Positions 32,032-41,701 of a stretch of DNA of 50,016 nucleotides are shown piece by piece. Location: IMG/VR virus record IMGVR_UViG_3300036979_000962, positions 1 through 50,016 of that record. One strand, written 5' to 3'. The notes beneath the pieces are model-generated. The model saw only the letters and a list, made by a program, of their open reading frames with translations. It was not told the DNA's origin and made no database searches. Both the position numbers and the translations under genes were made by a program. Source of the DNA: a virus (Duplodnaviria; Caudoviricetes). Each line of letters opens with the position of its first letter. Position 1 is the stretch's first letter.

Positions 32032-34605
32032 CTATTCCGGGCATCGCTTCGGCTTCGCGCCGACCGGCCCGCACTTCGGCCCGACGACCGAACACTTCTT
32101 GCCTCGCCGCTCGCACTTCGGACCTCGGTGGACGACCTTCGAGCCGAGCGGGTCGCCGCAACGATTCCGGCTCTCCCAAGTATAACACGGCGCTCCGGGG
32201 TGGATGAACCCGACGAGCGAGGGTGTGCCGAACGCCTCGCCGCTCGGTATCCCGCCGGGATAGATGACGCCCGGCTCGACGACGGCGGGCTCGCCGAAGT
32301 CCTCGCCGCTTAGAATCCCGTCGGGTTGAATCGTGCCGTTCAACTGCGGCGTTCCGACGACCTCGCCGCTCGGTATCCCGCCCGCCCCGAAGATTCCCGC
32401 AATGAGCCGCGGCGTTCCGAACGCCTCGGAGGTCGGGATGCCGCTCGTGACTATCTGCCCGTTGAGCCGCGGAGAGCCGACCCCGGCTCCCGACGCGATT
32501 CCGCTCGGCTTGATGATTCCGGCGAGAGCCGGCGAGCCGACCGCTTCTCCCGTCGCTATCCCGCCGGCGCCGAGGACGGAACCGACGAGCCGCGGTTGGC
32601 CGACCGCTTCGGCGCTCGGGATTCCCGACGGGTTGATGACATCCGGAAGGACGAGCGAGACGATATGCGAGCCGACGGCTTCTCCGGTCGCGATTCCTCC
32701 GGCCGCGAGGATTGTCCCATTCAACTGCGCCGCACCGAACGATTCGGCCGACGGGATTCCGCCCGCCCCGATTATCCGGTCGGTCCTCGCGAGCGTGGCG
32801 TTGCCGAACGCCTCGCCCGACGGGATGCCCGACGGAGAAATCGTCCCGCGCAGGGCCGGCGTCCCGACCGCTTCCGCCGACGCTATCGCCCCGGCCCCGA
32901 CGATGTGGTCGGTGCCGCGGAGCGCGTGGCTACCGATTGCCTCGCCCGACGCGATTCCGCCGGCGGCGAGAATCGAGCCGTTGAGTTGATGCGAGCCGAG
33001 CGCTTCGCCGGACGCTATTCCTCCGGCATCCGAGATGGTGGTCGCCGCCGGGGTTTGTATTGTGTGTGAGCCGACAGCCTCGCCCGAAGCGATGCCTCCC
33101 GCCGCAAGAATCGTCCCGTTTATCTGCGGCGAGCCGATGGCTTCGGCGCTCGCTATTCCACCAGCCGCTATGATGGAGCCCTGCAGACTCGCGCTCCCGA
33201 CCGCTTCGGCCGAGGCGATGCCGGACGGCGCTATGGCCGCTTGAAGCGCAGGGGTTCCGAGCGCCTCGAGGCTTGCTATTCCGCCCGGGAAGAGCGTCTC
33301 GACCAGCGCCGGGTCGCCGAGCGCCTCGGCTCCCGCGATGCCGCCCGCGCCCTGAATCGTCCCCTTGACCTTCGCCGCCCCGAACGCTTCCGCGCTGGCG
33401 ATTGCGCCGGCCCCGATGATGGTCTTGTTGTAGAGGGCCGGGACGCCGACCAATTCCTCGGATACCGAGAGGTCGTCAAACCAGACGGAACTCGACGCCG
33501 CCGAGCCGCCGAAGGTAACCCCGGCCCCGAACGCGAAAAAATACCTATTGTATGACGGATGCTCGCGGAAAAATATCGTGAATCTCGTCCACTCGGTTGC
33601 TTCGGGAAGCGGGATGGCGGTTTCTACGCCGACCCATTCTCCAGAGGCGGTCAGGTATACAGGAGCCCCATTCACCTGGACAAAAAACCCGCAGGTTTTT
33701 CCCGCTTGCGTTTTATACATTCCGGAGATGCGATAGAATCCGTCGGCCGTCAGCGCTCCGGCGGCTGGCGACATGTATATAATGGCAAAGTTATTTGCCG
33801 CGTCGATGTCGAAGCGAACACAGAACTTCCCGTCATACGGCGACGAGTCCCGGTTGATGGATGAGGTGCCTGTTTTCGAGGTTCCCCAAATAGACGGGGC
33901 CGTAGCAGAAGCCCAACTCTCTAGTCCGGTGTTGAGCAATTCTTCGTCGGGGTTTATCCCCCCGGCGTTGATGATGCTACCGGCGAGCGCCGGGGTGCCG
34001 AGGGCCTCCGCGCTGGCGATGTTCCCCGCGCCCTGAATCTCCCCGATGAGAGCGGGCGTTCCGAGCGCTTCAGCGGTAGCGATGGCCCCCGCGTCGGAGA
34101 TTATCCCAAGCGGGATTTTGACCGTGTGGCTACCGATGGCTTCGCCGGAAGCGATGCCTCCTGCCGCGAGGATGGTCCCCTTCAACGCGGGCGTCCCAAC
34201 GGCCTCTGCTGTGGCGATGCCCCCGGGCTTTATGTTCCCGTTGAGTTGAGCCGAGCCAAGAGCCGCGCTGGACGCGATACCGCCCGCAGAGAGTATGGCC
34301 CCTTTGATTTTCGCAGAGCCGAGCGCCCCGCCCGAAGCGATGCCGCCGGCGCTGTATATAGTGGTCTGAGCCTTTGCGACGACGGTGGCCGAGCCGAACG
34401 CTTCGCCCGAGGCGATGCCGCCGCAGAGGTGGGGCGGGTAGTTATGAACGACGGGCGTCCCGAATGCCATCACGGAGGCGATGGCTCCGACCGCCAGCAC
34501 CTTCGCCCGTATGCTCGGGGTCCCGACTGCTTCAGCCGAAGCGATGCCTCCCGGGGAAACCGACGCCCCGCCTTGAAGCAATAGCGGCTGAAAAAGCCAA
34601 GACAT
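32032..34605 (-). CDS. Repeat-rich fibre-like virion protein with CBM-like insert
   Basis: About 29 copies of xGGIASGEAxGxPxL, a roughly 165 aa beta-sandwich insert, and a Cys/Lys-rich C-terminus. Confidence 0.7.
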   Translation of the reverse strand: MSWLFQPLLLQGGASVSPGGIASAEAVGTPSIRAKVLAVGAIASVMAFGTPVVHNYPPHLCGGIASGEAFGSATVVAKAQTTIYSAGGIASGGALGSAKIKGAILSAGGIASSAALGSAQLNGNIKPGGIATAEAVGTPALKGTILAAGGIASGEAIGSHTVKIPLGIISDAGAIATAEALGTPALIGEIQGAGNIASAEALGTPALAGSIINAGGINPDEELLNTGLESWASATAPSIWGTSKTGTSSINRDSSPYDGKFCVRFDIDAANNFAIIYMSPAAGALTADGFYRISGMYKTQAGKTCGFFVQVNGAPVYLTASGEWVGVETAIPLPEATEWTRFTIFFREHPSYNRYFFAFGAGVTFGGSAASSSVWFDDLSVSEELVGVPALYNKTIIGAGAIASAEAFGAAKVKGTIQGAGGIAGAEALGDPALVETLFPGGIASLEALGTPALQAAIAPSGIASAEAVGSASLQGSIIAAGGIASAEAIGSPQINGTILAAGGIASGEAVGSHTIQTPAATTISDAGGIASGEALGSHQLNGSILAAGGIASGEAIGSHALRGTDHIVGAGAIASAEAVGTPALRGTISPSGIPSGEAFGNATLARTDRIIGAGGIPSAESFGAAQLNGTILAAGGIATGEAVGSHIVSLVLPDVINPSGIPSAEAVGQPRLVGSVLGAGGIATGEAVGSPALAGIIKPSGIASGAGVGSPRLNGQIVTSGIPTSEAFGTPRLIAGIFGAGGIPSGEVVGTPQLNGTIQPDGILSGEDFGEPAVVEPGVIYPGGIPSGEAFGTPSLVGFIHPGAPCYTWESRNRCGDPLGSKVVHRGPKCERRGKKCSVVGPKCGPVGAKPKRCPE

Positions 34606-34614
34606 TTTTGCCCT

Positions 34615-34959
34615 CTATATTTTCCGTATCGACCAAGTAATCGTCCGGTCCGACCCCGCGATTCTCAAGAGCGACACATCCCATCCGTTCATCAAGACGA
34701 GCGCCGGGCTGACCCAAATCGGTGTCCCCTGCGGCCCTCCGAGGAACGCTTCATAGACGACGCGCTGAGTGTCTCCGGCCTGAACCTTCTCGTAGATTCG
34801 GACGCGGAAAAGGTCGGCCCCGACGATGGCGCTGACATCGAGAAAGACTTGGTAGACCCCGGCATCGGTTAGCGATGCGAGAGAATCGTCGTCGCCGGTC
34901 AGCGACCATTCGGTCGTCGTGACGGATTGCGTCCCGGCATAGGCTTCTGTGATGGCCAT
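34615..34959 (-). CDS. Putative virion protein
   Basis: MAITEAY start after GGAGG RBS; beta-rich. Confidence 0.6.
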   Translation of the reverse strand: MAITEAYAGTQSVTTTEWSLTGDDDSLASLTDAGVYQVFLDVSAIVGADLFRVRIYEKVQAGDTQRVVYEAFLGGPQGTPIWVSPALVLMNGWDVSLLRIAGSDRTITWSIRKI

Positions 34960-34960
34960 T

Positions 34961-35809
34961 TTATCCTCCCATCGCGTAGACGATTGTCGAGAGATTCGAG
35001 TCGGCTGTCGAGTGACATTGCATCCGGACATAGATTCGCTTGCCGGAATCGACTTCACCGACACAAGCGATAAGATTGGCGAGGGCTTGGACCATCTGCT
35101 CTGCCGAGCCGCTCGAAGAGTGGATGATATCGCTCACGATAATCTCCTCTGCTCCGGCTGTCCCGTAGGCTATATCCATCGTATAAAATAAAGCGCCTAG
35201 CGATGAATCGTTCGCGCCCCATCCGACTTGCCAGAACCAATACGGCTTCGTCGTATCGCCAGCCGTTACTTCGGTCCAATTCCCCTCGCTCACACCGCCA
35301 GCCGTGATAGTCGTTCCGTCTGAAGCGGCCGTGACTGCACCGAATGTATCTACATAACTTCCAGCCCGGACCAATTCCGGATGCGTAGGGCGGCCGTAAA
35401 GTTTTACGGCTACATAGACTGTCCGGACGGTGGCGTTGTTGACCGATGCTTTCGCCGCGATGGCCGACCCCGCCGGGATGAAAAGAGGGAAGTAGTATCG
35501 GACGCCTCCGAAGAGCGGCGTCCCGCAATTCGTAGCGATGAGATGATTGATTTCGCAATCCGTGTAGGTCGTCCCGCCGGCGTGGTCGATGCCGATGGTG
35601 ATGAGTATGTCTCGAGCCTCTGCCGTATACGCCCCGCTATGAATAAAAATCTCTATTCCGTAGCAATCGTAGGCCGTGTCAGCGAGGATTTCAACATAGG
35701 CCGGGTAGGAGTTTTGCGCCGGGGTCAACTGCGTTCCCCAAGTCACGGCGGGCCGTCCCGTCATATTCGTGATGATGCCCTTGAAGGCGTTTTGTGGTGT
35801 GTGGAGCAT
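34961..35809 (-). CDS. Putative virion protein (two similar beta domains)
   Basis: 282 aa; internally duplicated ...FIPAGSAI / EVDSGKRI pattern. Confidence 0.6.
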   Translation of the reverse strand: MLHTPQNAFKGIITNMTGRPAVTWGTQLTPAQNSYPAYVEILADTAYDCYGIEIFIHSGAYTAEARDILITIGIDHAGGTTYTDCEINHLIATNCGTPLFGGVRYYFPLFIPAGSAIAAKASVNNATVRTVYVAVKLYGRPTHPELVRAGSYVDTFGAVTAASDGTTITAGGVSEGNWTEVTAGDTTKPYWFWQVGWGANDSSLGALFYTMDIAYGTAGAEEIIVSDIIHSSSGSAEQMVQALANLIACVGEVDSGKRIYVRMQCHSTADSNLSTIVYAMGG

Positions 35810-35813
35810 CGCG

Positions 35814-36935
35814 CTATACCTCCGATTGAATCGTCCCGCGCATCATCGCCGTCCCCGCCGCGAAGCCCGAGCCGATAGCCCCGGCTCCTGTGACCCCGGG
35901 AGCAGGCCCGTCGTCGATGCCGATGCTGTAGTTTACCATTGTGTCGCCGTCGATATCGACCGTGTAGTTGAGCGGCGCAGACTCTCCGCTGTTGTCGTAG
36001 CCGGCGCCTTGGAGCGGCGAGTTCCCGTCGGCGGCGAGGTGGAAGTCCTCCGAGCCGCCCGTCACATTCACGAAGGTATCTGCGTCGAGCGCGACCCCGG
36101 TTATGCAGTCGGTCGCGGTTTCATCGTCCCCGGTATCGTCGGCAGAGGAATCTTCCGAGGCGCAGTTGACTTTGTTGAGCGTGGCGGCGGTGGAGCCGAT
36201 TGCAAAATCTTCGGTAAAGGACCCTCCGCAGTAGGTGTTCTTTGCGTTGATTACGCCCGACGCGCCCTCGTATCCCCCAGCCATAATCCCGTACTTCCCG
36301 CCGGCAACGACGGAATTATAAATGTTGACGACTCCTTCGTCTGCCCTTATTCCAGCCGACATCGAGTGGTCTAAGGTACTTGCCCCGTAGATGGCGCAAT
36401 CGATGAAATAACTCGTCCATTGTGAGTCGGCAAGAAAGACGGACGGGCATCGATAATCTTCGGTTCCCGACCCGCGCAAAATACAGCGCCGGAAACAAAG
36501 GAATGACCCGTCCTCGGTGGTGTATTCCGCGAATAGCGGGGACTGGTAATTCGCGTTCGCCGCCGACACCCCAATTTGGATATCGTCAAAATACATATGA
36601 TGGCAATAAAATGCCGAGTTCACATATAGAGCCGTGGCGTTGGCGACCTCGAGGCGGTATGCTCCCTCGTCCCACTTTCCGTCGTGCCTCGCCGCCGCCG
36701 TTGTGTAGATTCGGATATACCGCGTCGGGTCGGTTATAATCGAATACGCTCCGGTATCGATGGGAGCCGTGTCGGCCCCGCCGGACCAATCGCCGCCTAT
36801 CTCCAGTTCAGCATAAACATCGGCCGTCGGAAGGTCGCCGTGGGCAGACTCTAAGTGCGCCATCGCGTCGGCGAGCGAGTTGAAGTCGCCGCCCTGACCG
36901 GCGGGCGTGATGGTGTGCTTGAGCAGGGAGGCCAT
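35814..36935 (-). CDS. Beta-helix (pectin-lyase-like) putative virion protein
   Basis: GGDFNSLADA N-terminus; DFHL...SPL.GAG...DIDG...SIG.D C-terminal motif. Confidence 0.65.
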   Translation of the reverse strand: MASLLKHTITPAGQGGDFNSLADAMAHLESAHGDLPTADVYAELEIGGDWSGGADTAPIDTGAYSIITDPTRYIRIYTTAAARHDGKWDEGAYRLEVANATALYVNSAFYCHHMYFDDIQIGVSAANANYQSPLFAEYTTEDGSFLCFRRCILRGSGTEDYRCPSVFLADSQWTSYFIDCAIYGASTLDHSMSAGIRADEGVVNIYNSVVAGGKYGIMAGGYEGASGVINAKNTYCGGSFTEDFAIGSTAATLNKVNCASEDSSADDTGDDETATDCITGVALDADTFVNVTGGSEDFHLAADGNSPLQGAGYDNSGESAPLNYTVDIDGDTMVNYSIGIDDGPAPGVTGAGAIGSGFAAGTAMMRGTIQSEV

Positions 36936-37211
36936 CTATGCCACCATCGTCGCGAGTTTAGCCCGCTTCTCTTTCCTCCGCTCGGCCTCGCGCTCCGGCG
37001 AAGGAACGAACCGCCCGTCCGCACCGCACCAGAAGCAACGGAAAAGTCCCTTGTCGGCCCAAATCGTGAACGAGCGCTCGTGTCCGCAGAACGGGCAATT
37101 GCCGCCGAAGATTCCGTCGGACTTTCCGAGGAGGGTGAGCGAGTTGCGCTCGATGAGGCGCGTAATCATCTCCGGGTCCGAGAGGCCCCGGGCGGTCGAG
37201 CGATAGGACAT
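36936..37211 (-). CDS. Stand-alone primase-type (CHC2-like) zinc finger
   Basis: CPFCGHERSFTI...FRCFWCGADG. Confidence 0.7.
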   Translation of the reverse strand: MSYRSTARGLSDPEMITRLIERNSLTLLGKSDGIFGGNCPFCGHERSFTIWADKGLFRCFWCGADGRFVPSPEREAERRKEKRAKLATMVA

Positions 37212-37212
37212 T

Positions 37213-37983
37213 TCAGTTCCCCCCGAGCCGAGCCGTGGCTATCGTCACTCCGTCCGAAATCGTCAGCGACACCTCGAAGGTCCCGACCTCGGAGAACGCG
37301 TGAACGGGCGACCTTTCGGTGCTCGTCGTCCCGTCGCCGAAGTCCCACAGCCAACTCACGATGTCGCCTTTCGAGAAGTCGGTGAATTGAATCGGGCGTC
37401 CGACGCGGGCGACCGAAGGCCGGGAGGCGAATCCCGGCGAGAGCGGGACGCGGGCGGGAGCGGCGTCGGAGACGACCTTCGCTCGAATCGAGGTCCTGTT
37501 GAATTGAATCCCCGAGACGCCGAAGGCGTTAGGCAGAGCGGCGTAAGGCATCGAGACATAACTGAAAGAGAAGGCCGTGTTCTGGTAGACATCGACGGAA
37601 ACATCGTTCACCCACGCAAGCCAAATCCTCTCGCCCGCGAAGAGGTGAAGGACCCCGGGAGCGACCGCGACGGAGTTCCATCCGACGACCGGATTCACGA
37701 CCTCCCCGGCGTCGAGCCGCAAGTAGCCCGGGTTCGTGTTGCTGTCCTGATGGTAGTAGAACCCGAGCCGGATGCGCCCCGTCGCCGGGGCGAAGAGATA
37801 AATGCCGATTTCGGTGATGCTCCCTGCTCCGGCGGTGTTCTCGAAGAGCGAGGCCCGAAGGCTCCCCGGCGGTCGGACGGCGTGTCCGTTCCCGGCGTCG
37901 TTCTGCCCTATGTAGACGCCCTGTCCGAAGGCGGTCGGAGCGAGCAGGAGCGCGACAAGAAGTAGCGCCCGAAGTCGCTTCAT
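37213..37983 (-). CDS. Secreted PKD-domain protein
   Basis: Signal peptide MKRLRALLLVALLLAPTAFG; FTDFS..SWLWDFGDG..ST..SPVH.F...G.F.VSLT. Confidence 0.85.
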   Translation of the reverse strand: MKRLRALLLVALLLAPTAFGQGVYIGQNDAGNGHAVRPPGSLRASLFENTAGAGSITEIGIYLFAPATGRIRLGFYYHQDSNTNPGYLRLDAGEVVNPVVGWNSVAVAPGVLHLFAGERIWLAWVNDVSVDVYQNTAFSFSYVSMPYAALPNAFGVSGIQFNRTSIRAKVVSDAAPARVPLSPGFASRPSVARVGRPIQFTDFSKGDIVSWLWDFGDGTTSTERSPVHAFSEVGTFEVSLTISDGVTIATARLGGN

Positions 37984-37987
37984 CGGA

Positions 37988-38386
37988 TTACTCGTCGACG
38001 GCCGTCAGCGAACAGGTGTAGGTCGAGTTCGATTGGAGGAGCGCCGAGTTGACCGTGAGCGTCGTCGTCCAAGCGGTCGGTCCGACCGTGTCGTTCGCCA
38101 GCGTATAGGAGCCGTCGGGAAGTCCCGCGATGGTGAAATGGACCGGGGCGTCGAATCCGCCGGACGGGACGACCGCGATGTCGTATGTCACGACCGCTCC
38201 CTTGACGCACTCTTGGTCTTCCGGCGTGATGGTGACGGCGAAGTCCCCCGCGGCCGTCACGGTCAGCGAGAACGGAACGGAATGTTCGATGCCTCCGCCT
38301 CCACCGCCCCGACCGATGAGCCAGCCCGCCCCGACGAGGACGACGATGGCGAGCGCGATGAGCGTTGCCTTGAGCCAAGTTTTCAT
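37988..38386 (-). CDS. Membrane-anchored/secreted Ig-like protein
   Basis: N-terminal TM, Gly linker, DFAVTITP...GFDAPV..T..GLP.G. Confidence 0.65.
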   Translation of the reverse strand: MKTWLKATLIALAIVVLVGAGWLIGRGGGGGGIEHSVPFSLTVTAAGDFAVTITPEDQECVKGAVVTYDIAVVPSGGFDAPVHFTIAGLPDGSYTLANDTVGPTAWTTTLTVNSALLQSNSTYTCSLTAVDE

Positions 38387-38814
38387 CTTTTGCCTCCGAT
38401 GTTCCCGACCTTCTCGGCGGTCGGTATGCCGGTGGGCCCGATGCGATGCTTCGCCGGTTTTCCGCGGAGCGTCGGAAATCCGAACTTCACTCCGCCCGGG
38501 ATTCCCCCGGGCATAAACCGGCGGAGGTCGCGGTTGTGAGCGGCCTCGTTCCCGGCCTCCTTGAAGACCTCGGGGTTGGGCGTGAGCGCGATGGGAACGC
38601 CGGCTCGGATGAGGAAGGCTTGGTCGGAGATGACCGCCTCGACCTTCGCCGTCTGCTCGGCGCGGGCCGCTTGGAGCCGGATGACTTTGGCGAGGTCGAG
38701 CGCGGCGTCCCACGGCAAGTCGAGCAGGAGCGTCCCGCTCTGGATGAGTTGGACGCGGGAGCCTTCGCGCCGGACCGTGACCGATGTGACCTTGGGGATG
38801 TAGAACTCGCCCAT
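38383..38814 (-). CDS. Hypothetical protein with two fibre-type repeats
   Basis: PGGIPGGVKFGFPTL and PTGIPTAEKVG match the repeat of 32032-34605. Confidence 0.6.
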   Translation of the reverse strand: MGEFYIPKVTSVTVRREGSRVQLIQSGTLLLDLPWDAALDLAKVIRLQAARAEQTAKVEAVISDQAFLIRAGVPIALTPNPEVFKEAGNEAAHNRDLRRFMPGGIPGGVKFGFPTLRGKPAKHRIGPTGIPTAEKVGNIGGKR

Positions 38815-38818
38815 TGTC

Positions 38819-39217
38819 TTACAGCGTGAAAATCTTGTTGGCGCCCGCGTCCCATTGGACTTCGATGTCGCCGCCGGAGGGCGTGAACGGGAGCCCGGTC
38901 GCCGTGTCGATGTAGGCGATGAGAGCGTCGCTCGCGTGCGTGTCCGAGTAGATGTTGATGCTCTCGAACGGGTCGCCCGTGACCGTGGCGACCGTGATGT
39001 CGGCGGCGTCGGCGGTCCCGCCCGTCGAGGACTTCGTTCCGAAGTTCCCGCTCGTGGCGATGGTCCCCGCGGCGATGTCCGCGAGGTCGTCGTCGGTCGC
39101 CGGGACGGGAGTGTCTACGGCGTGGTCGGTGAAAACAAGTTTGATGTCGTCCGCCGACCAATGAATCGCGCCGTCGAGGAACCGCGCCCGTCCGATTGTG
39201 TAGAGTGCGTTAGCCAT
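38819..39217 (-). CDS. Conserved phage virion protein
   Basis: MANALY..GR..FL.G.I.W..D.IK and GLP.TPSGGDI.VQW...KIF.L, a pattern common in phage structural modules. Confidence 0.7.
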   Translation of the reverse strand: MANALYTIGRARFLDGAIHWSADDIKLVFTDHAVDTPVPATDDDLADIAAGTIATSGNFGTKSSTGGTADAADITVATVTGDPFESINIYSDTHASDALIAYIDTATGLPFTPSGGDIEVQWDAGANKIFTL

Positions 39218-39232
39218 CTTTGCCTCCTTGGG

Positions 39233-39733
39233 CTAGAAATTAAAAACGAACATATATTTTTTACAAGGTCCCCGGTCGACCAACATTCCGTCGCCCTCTT
39301 TCACGCCGAACCATTCACCGTATTCCTTCCATCCGATGCGGTGGTGCTCGGTCCGACATTTATACGGCACCGTTATGATAGCACGACGGGCGACTCGCCT
39401 CACCTCGCCGAACGCATCGCGTTGACGACCGGAGAAGTGCTCGAACGCCTCGAGCGCGACGACGAGGTCATACGCCTTGTCTCCGACCGGCCACGGGACC
39501 CGTCCGGCGTCGTGGAGAATCGTCGGATGGAACGCCGCGCAGTTGTCGAGCGTGTCCGCTCCGAGGACTATCGGCCGGCCGGTCGGACCGGGCCCGACCT
39601 CGAGGACGCGCCCGACCTCGCCCATCGCCTCGATTTTTTCGATGACGCGGGAGGTGAACCCCCACCGGTCCTTGAAATACTTTTCTCTCCCGGGAGCGTG
39701 AAGGAATGTTTCGCGGTCTATGAACCTCGTCAC
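39233..39733 (-). CDS. Class I SAM-dependent methyltransferase
   Basis: VLEVGPG, YDLVVALEAFEH and IITVPY. Confidence 0.8.
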   Translation of the reverse strand: MTRFIDRETFLHAPGREKYFKDRWGFTSRVIEKIEAMGEVGRVLEVGPGPTGRPIVLGADTLDNCAAFHPTILHDAGRVPWPVGDKAYDLVVALEAFEHFSGRQRDAFGEVRRVARRAIITVPYKCRTEHHRIGWKEYGEWFGVKEGDGMLVDRGPCKKYMFVFNF

Positions 39734-40413
39734 TCGACCCTCCTCCAAACCCTCTTGTTCGCGAGGCAGACGCGGCACGCCGGATGGCGCTTCCGGTCCA
39801 TCGCCTTTATGGCCGCCAGCCAATCCCGGCTCCCGTCGTTGACCGGAACCCACGCCATCTCTAAATCGAAATCGTATCCCATTCGTTTCGAATGAGGGTA
39901 GACATCGGCACATTGATAGACGCGGCCGGCGAATACGGCCGGCCGGTCGCATCCGCACTCCGCCGGCAACACGCCCTCCATCGCCGCGGTCGGGAGCGGT
40001 TTGTGGCGGAGTCGATTGCGGCCGATGATGAGGTCCTTCGGGAACGCCGCGAGGATTTTCTCGACGCCGGCCGGCGAGGAGTTCGACACTTGACAATAGA
40101 CCAAGTCGACCAACCCCGCCGCGAGCGCCTCCGTTAGCGTCGCGTGCTTTAGGCAGTTCGACGAGACTTCGATTCGCCGGGACAACCCGGACTCTTTCAC
40201 GGCCCGGAGGCCGGCCTCGAAGTGCCGCCACAGCGTCGGCTCTCCGCCGGCGATGTGAACGATGTCGAAGCGATGGCCGGCGGCGGCGACAGCCACGATT
40301 TCGTCGGGAGTCATATGGTAGTCGGAGAAGTCGCGGCGCCACGCTCCTTGCGAGCAATGCGGGCAGTCGAGATTACAAGCGCCCGTCACCATCAGCGTTA
40401 TTTCGCGCCTCAT
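39730..40413 (-). CDS. Radical SAM protein with C-terminal Cys cluster
   Basis: CNLDCPHC, GGEPTL, then CGC...YQC...CRVC. Confidence 0.85.
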   Translation of the reverse strand: MRREITLMVTGACNLDCPHCSQGAWRRDFSDYHMTPDEIVAVAAAGHRFDIVHIAGGEPTLWRHFEAGLRAVKESGLSRRIEVSSNCLKHATLTEALAAGLVDLVYCQVSNSSPAGVEKILAAFPKDLIIGRNRLRHKPLPTAAMEGVLPAECGCDRPAVFAGRVYQCADVYPHSKRMGYDFDLEMAWVPVNDGSRDWLAAIKAMDRKRHPACRVCLANKRVWRRVE

Positions 40414-40991
40414 CACCGGCTCCTCTTCCACGCCAAGAGGTTCGAGCCGTCGCGGTCGGTCTTCCCGAGGATGTTGATGCGGTAGCCGAGGTCGCGGAAG
40501 TCTCGCGGGTAGAGCGCGGCGCGGTGGCGCTCGTGAGGATTGCCGTAGGCGTCGCCCTGCGGGCTCCGGCCGGATGGCGCGGCAAGGACGACCATCCCCC
40601 GGGCCGTCCGCTCGAGCCGGCCAAGGACGGCCGGGAGTTCGGAGCGCTCGATGTGTTCCGGGCCGTGCCACCACACGACGACATCGTATCCGGCCGGGCG
40701 CTCGAAGAGACGGACATCGCCGATGTGGATTTTGCTGATAGCGCCGGCGCCCTCGCCCGCGTTCCACGCCGCGACCTCCGCCGCGTTCTCCGGCCAAATC
40801 TCGAGGATGTCGATGCGGAACTTCCTCGCGACGAAGAGGTCGAGCATTTGGCGGCGGTTCGCGTTGGCGCCGATGTAGAGGAGCGAACGGAACTCGAGGG
40901 CCTCCGGTATACAGCGCAAAAATTGCCGCTCGCGCTCCTCGTTGACGAGTCGCCAGAACCGGCTCTGCGGCTTCTTCCTCTCTTCGCTCAT
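40413..40991 (-). CDS. Class I SAM-dependent methyltransferase
   Basis: LLYIGA, GDVR, YDVVVWWHGPEH and GNPHERH. Confidence 0.75.
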   Translation of the reverse strand: MSEERKKPQSRFWRLVNEERERQFLRCIPEALEFRSLLYIGANANRRQMLDLFVARKFRIDILEIWPENAAEVAAWNAGEGAGAISKIHIGDVRLFERPAGYDVVVWWHGPEHIERSELPAVLGRLERTARGMVVLAAPSGRSPQGDAYGNPHERHRAALYPRDFRDLGYRINILGKTDRDGSNLLAWKRSR

Positions 40992-41701
40992 CCCTCGACC
41001 TCCTCGAGCCGTCCGAAGACGGGCTCGACCCGGAGATTTCCGTTCCTCATCGCTTGCTCCTTGGATGTCATTTTGTGGTAGACGCGGCGGAGGCGCGAGT
41101 TCCCCGCGGTCTCCGGACGAGAAGTTATCGAGCCCGCGTGCTTCCGATAGTCGAACAGCGGCCGCGGCGACAGCACCGCCGGGCCGAGAGCGCGGAGGGC
41201 CCGCTTGCGGAAGTCCGAGTCGGCGGCACAGCGCCACGGCTTGAATCCTCCAAGGCGCTCGAACGACTCGCGTCGGATTCCGAAGGCTCCGGACGCGCCG
41301 TTCGGGAACGGGACGCGGCCGCGGGCTCCGCCGTAGACCATCACGAATCGGAATTGGACGAGGCCGAGGTGTTCGCGGTTCGCCTCGCACCATTCGACGA
41401 GACCGGGAAGCATCACATCGTCGGCGTCGAAAAAGATGAGGAACTCGCCGCGAGCGGCGTAGGCGAGCGTGTTGCGGACGATGTAGGGCCCGAGGTTCGT
41501 CGGCGACGAGAGGACCCGGAGCGCCGGCACTTCGGCTCTCATCGCCCGCGCCTTCGCGAGCGTCGCCTCGCACCCGTCGACCCCGACGAGGACTTCATAG
41601 TCACCGGCCGTCCCGAAGCGCGACTGAGCGACGACGGAGCGGAGGCACTCTTCGAGGAACCGCTCCGCCCGCCACGCCGGGATGAGGACCGAGTATCTCA
41701 C
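40988..41701 (-). CDS. Glycosyltransferase family 2
   Basis: SVLIPAW....L.ECL.S, VDG, RN and FFDADD. Confidence 0.9.
   Translation of the reverse strand: MRYSVLIPAWRAERFLEECLRSVVAQSRFGTAGDYEVLVGVDGCEATLAKARAMRAEVPALRVLSSPTNLGPYIVRNTLAYAARGEFLIFFDADDVMLPGLVEWCEANREHLGLVQFRFVMVYGGARGRVPFPNGASGAFGIRRESFERLGGFKPWRCAADSDFRKRALRALGPAVLSPRPLFDYRKHAGSITSRPETAGNSRLRRVYHKMTSKEQAMRNGNLRVEPVFGRLEEVEG

Noticed and set aside
32032-34605. Diversity-generating retroelement or DNA-level tandem repeats in the fibre gene
   Set aside because: The repeats are protein-level and degenerate in DNA; no reverse transcriptase or adenine-specific TR/VR pair was seen.
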